From Octopus sinensis (taxonomy: Eukaryota), in assembly GCF_006345805.1 (NCBI RefSeq), contig NW_021825806.1:1-14421 (forward strand): a stretch of 14,421 bases of DNA, given 5' to 3'. The notes beneath the pieces were generated by a model. The model made no database searches. It saw only the letters and a program-made list of their open reading frames with translations, and was not told the origin of the DNA. The translations under genes and the position numbers were made by a program. Below, in pieces: positions 9,584-14,421 of this stretch (its first letter is position 1; each line of letters starts with the position of its first letter).

Positions 9584-10099
9584 TTTCCTTATTAAGTAGT
9601 GTCCTTAATTGCTAAATTTTTATTCCGAAAAAACTTTTCCTCTCCCGAATGCAATTCGTAAAAGTTTGCCATTCATCCGGATATATATATATAACCCACC
9701 CATGTGCTTCGTTGATGTTGATCAGTTAGCTGATCGGCTTAAGCGAGGCAGGGTCGTTGTTTATTTATAGTATATTCAGGCCTGCTGATGATTACGTAAG
9801 TATGAATCACTGTGATACAGGTCTATATATTTTTTAAATGTCTTTCTTTGAAAAATTGCATTCGGTGGGATTAGTAATATTTTTGGTAGAAATGACTGAT
9901 TGTCCCCTTAGCGTATGGCGTGTATGTAGAATGCCTCCTGGCATGTATGTATAATGCCCTCTATATATAAATTATATGTTCAATAAGAAATAATTATTTT
10001 CGAATTTTTTCTCTTATGAGGTTTTTTACGCTATCTACCTGACAATTTCTTGTTAAGTTTTCCTTATTAAGTAGTTGTCCTTAATTGCTAAATTTTTAT
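9584..10099 (+). mobile_element. Inverted, circularly permuted copy (~1.07 units) of the same repeat
   Basis: It is the reverse complement of ~9017-9537. It begins and ends with the same ~40 nt (ttccttattaagtag(t)tgtccttaattgctaaatttttat at 9585 and ~10060). Confidence 0.88.
9778..9824 (+). ncRNA. Type I hammerhead ribozyme motif, copy 4 (GAA instead of GAAA)
   Basis: The plus strand reads aggcctg CTGATGA ttacgtaagtat GAA tcac t gtga TA caggtct. Confidence 0.72.
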
Positions 10100-10168
10100 A
10101 TATATATACATTATATATATATATATATTATATATATATATATATTATACCATATATATCATATATAA

Positions 10169-10200
<32 letters not shown>

Positions 10201-10205
10201 CTATA

Positions 10206-10248
<43 letters not shown>

Positions 10249-10312
10249 ATGTATATATAGATGTATGTGTGTGTATTTACATACATATATATGATATATA
10301 TGCATATATATA

Positions 10313-10355
<43 letters not shown>
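10100..10355. repeat. Long interrupted (TA)n, right flank of the ribozyme array
   Basis: Visible simple repeat. Confidence 0.92.
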
Positions 10356-10357
<2 letters not shown>

Positions 10358-10534
10358 AACGAAGGTTAAATCGCTGTTGGCAACGTTTTCTTGTTTGTTG
10401 GCTGCTTTTGTTTTTTGTTTGCTTTATTGTTTTCCTTTGGTTTTTTTTTTTTGTTTTGCTGTTTTAGCCATATTTTGTTTTTCTTTTGTGGCATCCCTTC
10501 CATCTTCCGTTGACAGCAAACCACAACGGTGCTG

Positions 10535-10941
10535 AAGATGATGATGATGACGACGACGATATTAATCATGATGGTGCTCGTCGTAGTAGTGATGGAGGCG
10601 GAGGTAGTGGTATTCCTTGTGGGGTAGGTGGTGGTGGTGGCAGTGGAGGTGAAACTAATGGTGATGGTGGTGGTGGTGGTGGTGGTGCTGCTGCTGCTGC
10701 TTCTGCTGCTACTGGTGATGCTAATGGCACCGGGTGTGGGTACTAGTAGCATTATTTGTAGTGGTAGTAATAGTAGTATTTTTGTGGCGGTGGCGATGGT
10801 GAAGATGATGATGTTGACGATAACGATGATAGTGCTGATGATGATATGATGTTGATGACGACGACGACGACCATTATGATGATGATGATGATGATGACGA
10901 TGACGATGATGATGATGATGATGATGATATGATAATGTTGA

Positions 10942-10999
<58 letters not shown>

Positions 11000-11030
11000 C
11001 ATTATGATGATGAGGATGATGATGATGAAA
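10535..11030. repeat. Compound trinucleotide tract (GAT, GGT, GCT, GTA, GAC)
   Basis: Visible triplet repeats, including a long pure (GAC)n near 10943-11000. Confidence 0.92.
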
Positions 11031-11241
11031 GCCATCACTCTTCTCACTCTGTCTCTGAAACAAACGCTCTTTATTCAACGATGTAAGTAAATTGCACATT
11101 TTTCAGAGGTTGTTCGAAACCCCTACGTACTACCTCGTCATGCTCTTTTACCTAATCATAGCTTTACTGACCAGTCCCCATTTGGCAGATCTATGGCATA
11201 TGGTGATCCAAATCGTTGGGGGAGGTACTGTACATATGCAG

Positions 11242-11404
11242 CAGTAGCGTAGCCGGGGCCGGAGTCAAGAACGATCAGCGATACTCTTATGGGTACGGGG
11301 TACTTTTGGATCTACTGTATAAAGCTGTATAGTGTGAGAGGCCCCGGGGGAAAGCGGCAAGCTCAAGGGTTGTCCCGTGTGGCACACTCTCTAGCTCTGC
11401 CACT
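11242..11404. mobile_element. Possible decayed MITE
   Basis: GC-rich island with ends cagtagcgtagc and gctctgccact, resembling CAGTGGCGTAGC...GCTACGCCACTG-type terminal repeats. The match is only partial and no TSD is seen. Confidence 0.3.
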
Positions 11405-11715
11405 CTGACCTACGCAAAACAGTTTCTCATTTAACTGAAATTTTGTTTCCAGTTGCTGAAATATCACCTAGCGGTAACTGTTTGCAATTCTCACATATTA
11501 AGGGAGATAATTTCATGAAATTTCGAATCAATTTCATACTAAATTATTTCTTTTCAACTGTTGAGGTGGTGACTGGGCTATTCCGATGTTTTTCAGAAGC
11601 CAAGTCATGGATATATTTCGATCCTGTAAGATTCTATTACTTAAGAGTACCCTGACCAGGTGCGCTTGTTTTATTGACATAACTTTTTACAAATTAAAAG
11701 TAGCTACTCACACGC

Positions 11716-11753
<38 letters not shown>

Positions 11754-11776
11754 TTATACGTATATACATAAAAAAA

Positions 11777-12014
11777 CGTCGCCGTTTTCAAGCCTAGCTA
11801 GGCTCATGGGCCCGGTTTCCCGGTTTCTGTGACGTATGTGTGCCCCCCCCCCAGCTGGACGGGATTCCAGTCCATCGCAGCGTTACTCAAGAAGCAATAA
11901 GAGAGAGTGAGAGAAAGTTGTGGCGAAAGAGTACAGCAGGGGTCACCACCATCCCCTGCCGGAGATCGTAGAGCTTCTAGGTGTTTCCGCTCAATAAACA
12001 CACACAACGCCCGG
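11777..12014 (-). mobile_element. 5'-truncated SINE (head missing), body plus 3' end
   Basis: The minus strand reads ccgggcgttgtg...ttgagcggaaacacctagaagctc...gctgcgatggactggaatcccgtccagctg...gggcccatgagcctagctaggcttgaaaacggc. I recognise it as an octopus SINE body, and the gcgatggactgg..cc.gtccag motif resembles V-SINE central domains. Confidence 0.6.
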
Positions 12015-12015
12015 T

Positions 12016-12096
<81 letters not shown>
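12015..12096. repeat. (GT)n microsatellite
   Basis: Visible simple repeat. Confidence 0.95.
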
Positions 12097-12098
<2 letters not shown>

Positions 12099-12099
12099 G

Positions 12100-12235
12100 T
12101 TTTGTGTCGGAACGACCAACCGCTTGATAACTGGTTTTTGGCTTTATACATCGCATAACTTAGTTGTTCGGCAAAAGAGACCGATAGAATAAGTGCCAGA
12201 CTTTTAAGAAAAATTGCTACTTGGATCGATTCATC
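12100..12235 (+). mobile_element. 3' half of the 5246-type SINE, degenerate
   Basis: ccgcttgataactgg...aacttagttgttcggcaaaagagaccgatagaataagt matches 5475-5548. Confidence 0.75.
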
Positions 12236-13099
12236 GGAAGAAAATCCTTTCATGGAAAGGATGAAAGAAAACATCTCACAAAGAGAGACTAAATGAACAA
12301 AATTGAGAAACAGTCCGTACATGAATGAGCATTTCGTCCGCTCAGATGAACCATAGGAGTTATTTTGAGAGGACAATGTGGGAGAAAATATTTCTAAAAA
12401 TATTTCTAAAAATATTTATCAAATTCCTGTTGAGGATACGAGGATACAACATAGTCAAGAGCTAATTGAGTGTTATACTTAATCTGTCAGCGGTTTTATC
12501 ATCATCATTTGTCTCTTCTGAGCATTTAGCAAAGGCCATCTTGGCTGCAGTCATTAGACCTCGGTCTTGGTGCAATTTCTTCTTTAGCAGCCTTTGACCT
12601 CACATTAATCACAGAGACCTTGCAAAAGGTCAAGTGAACACCCTCCTCTCTCCCTCCTCTTCTCCTCCTTCTCTTCCTACTCCTTCCCCTCCTCCTCCTC
12701 CGATTAAGCTATGAAAGATTAAAGTAATCAAGTGCCAATATCGCTTGGAAAAAAAATGTCTTTCCTGCGGATGTTGTGGTGTGGGTGGTGGCATTCGTGG
12801 TGAGATAAGCGCCGCGTGATTACTTGCAGATGAATTACGTATCTGTAAAAAGAAAATAGAAACTAAAATGCCGTATATGTTTCCATTTCCTTTCTTTCCA
12901 ACCTACTATCCCACTCTCTCTCTCTCTCTCTCTCTCAATTTCGTCCATATACACACATACACACACAGAGAAATACCTTAAGCGCTCGGTTTCTTCCAAA
13001 TAAAGTAGCAAAATTGTTTATGTGAATGAAGAATTGGAAATTTTCAATGAGTCAAGATTTTATCGAAACACCGATAAAGTCAACATCCGTAAGTTATAG

Positions 13100-13102
<3 letters not shown>

Positions 13103-13142
<40 letters not shown>

Positions 13143-13295
13143 TTCTCTCTCTCTCTCTCTCTCCCACATACTCACCTATCTCAATAGATAGATAGATAAA
13201 TAGATATATAGATAGATATATAGATAGATAGACAGAAAGATAAACAGGTAGATAGATAGATAGATATATAGATAGATAGATAGATAGATAGATAT

Positions 13296-13368
<73 letters not shown>

Positions 13369-13375
13369 CATATAA
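13103..13375. repeat. (CT)n followed by (GATA)n microsatellites
   Basis: Visible simple repeats. Confidence 0.95.
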
Positions 13376-13399
13376 ATATGAAAAGGTAATGAGCCCATT

Positions 13400-13842
13400 C
13401 GCTCATGTGTGACCATGAGTTTGCACCTAGAAAGTCACACTCTGAGGCAAGGTTGTGACTGGACGTGAAGCGTGATGGCATTGCTGGGATGTTTGGCACT
13501 GTGCAACGTCAATCCGTTCTGGCATTTGTGCAGTATCTCCCAGATGTATATTACTGCATACCACACGCCCCTTCGCTCCAGGGAGAAGAATCTCAGCTGT
13601 TTCAGCCTTTCTCAGCAGCTGAGTTGTGAAGCTTCGCAAGATTGCTTCAAAGTCCCTGCAAGTTTTACATTCAGTTTTTGACGCTGGTAGTGCAGGTATT
13701 GGAATTTTTCAGCATTAAATTGCATATTATTGTCCTCGGCCCATCTGTAATTGACTCCAACTCCTGCTGCAGGTGTGCAACATCGCTGGGGTTCTGTATT
13801 TTCTACACGACTTTTGTATCGTTTGGAAGGGTGGCTATTCGG
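13400..13842 (-). mobile_element. Decayed CR1-type LINE ORF2 (reverse transcriptase C-terminal region), with frameshifts and stops
   Basis: Stitched translation: IATLPNDTKVV*KIQNPSDVAHLQQELESI/YRWAEDNNMQFNAEKFQYLHY ... LEAILRSFT ... LSC*ERLKQLRFFSLERRGVWYAVIYIWEIL. This matches the CR1/L2 motifs (F/Y)ADDTK, LQ.DL..I..WA..N.M.FN..K and L.Y.ERLK.L...SLERRR. Confidence 0.85.
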
Positions 13843-13861
13843 ATATATATATATATATATA

Positions 13862-13917
13862 TACATTATATATAAGGGCTTAGTAAAATATTTTACTAAG
13901 CCCTTATATATAATGTA
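13862..13917. repeat. 56-bp perfect palindrome, no spacer
   Basis: tacattatatataagggcttagtaaaat|attttactaagcccttatatataatgta, with the centre at 13889/13890. Confidence 0.95.
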
Positions 13918-14157
13918 ATATTTTGAATTCGCCTATAATGGTCCCTTTACATACTGAATACTTGGTGAAATTGATTAATAATTAATTAATTTTACCCTCA
14001 ATTGTTGAAATTATATATATATATATATATATATATCCGTCTTTGTATCGTCTATCCATGTTTTTATTGTCATCCGTTATGCTCTTATTCCATTAAAAAA
14101 AAATTTATATATACATATAGCGGCGTACGTACACCTTTGCTCACCTTGTATTATATA

Positions 14158-14421
14158 CTAGCAGTATCGCCCGGCGTTGCTCGGGTTTGTAAGGGAACTA
14201 ACTATATAAGCATTTTTAGAGAGTTATAGCCAAAAAATAGCAAAAATGCATTAAAAATGGAAAAAATATGATGGTAAATTTTTTTTTAAGCGTTGACTTC
14301 ATCGTAGACATTTTTAGAGAGTTACTTCCCTTATATAATAGCGAAAAAATGCATTAAAAATGGAAAAAAAACGATGGTAATTTTTTTTTTTAAATCGTAG
14401 ACTCATCGTAGACGCGCGCTA
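14158..14421 (-). mobile_element. 3' end of a non-autonomous Helitron with an internal ~98-104-bp tandem repeat; runs off the window
   Basis: The minus strand ends cccgagcaacgccggg (GC hairpin), then cgatactg, CTAG and T, the canonical Helitron 3' signature. The internal unit catttttagagagtta...catcgtaga occurs at 14211 and 14309. Confidence 0.75.

Noticed and set aside
12528-12630. Possible 99-nt plus-strand exon (QRPSWLQSLDLGLGAISSLAAFDLTLITETLQK)
   Set aside because: The donor gtcaag is weak, I recognise no homology, and there is no supporting neighbouring exon.
666-14229. Most ORFs in the six-frame track ([12 protein letters not shown], poly-I/M/V/R/T)
   Set aside because: They are translations of di-, tri- and tetranucleotide microsatellites, with no domain-like content.

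Overview
AT-rich eukaryotic non-coding DNA (intron or intergenic), dense in microsatellites and transposon relics. The tRNA-derived SINE families look like those of Octopus genomes; this is my recognition, not a database result. No host protein-coding exon can be supported, and nearly all listed ORFs are translations of simple repeats. The only recognisable coding relic is a decayed CR1-type LINE reverse transcriptase fragment (13400-13842, minus strand). The key feature is 8178-10099: about 2.9 tandem copies of a non-coding ~485-bp unit plus a ~1.07-unit inverted copy, all embedded in (TA)n. Each unit carries a type I hammerhead ribozyme motif (CUGAUGA / stem II with GUAA loop / GAAA / palindromic stem III / AUA cleavage site), intact in copy 2. 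This architecture matches non-LTR retrozymes or Penelope-associated ribozyme satellites, which can produce circular RNAs. The window also holds several SINEs, a Helentron-type non-autonomous element, a Helitron 3' end and several fold-back palindromes.
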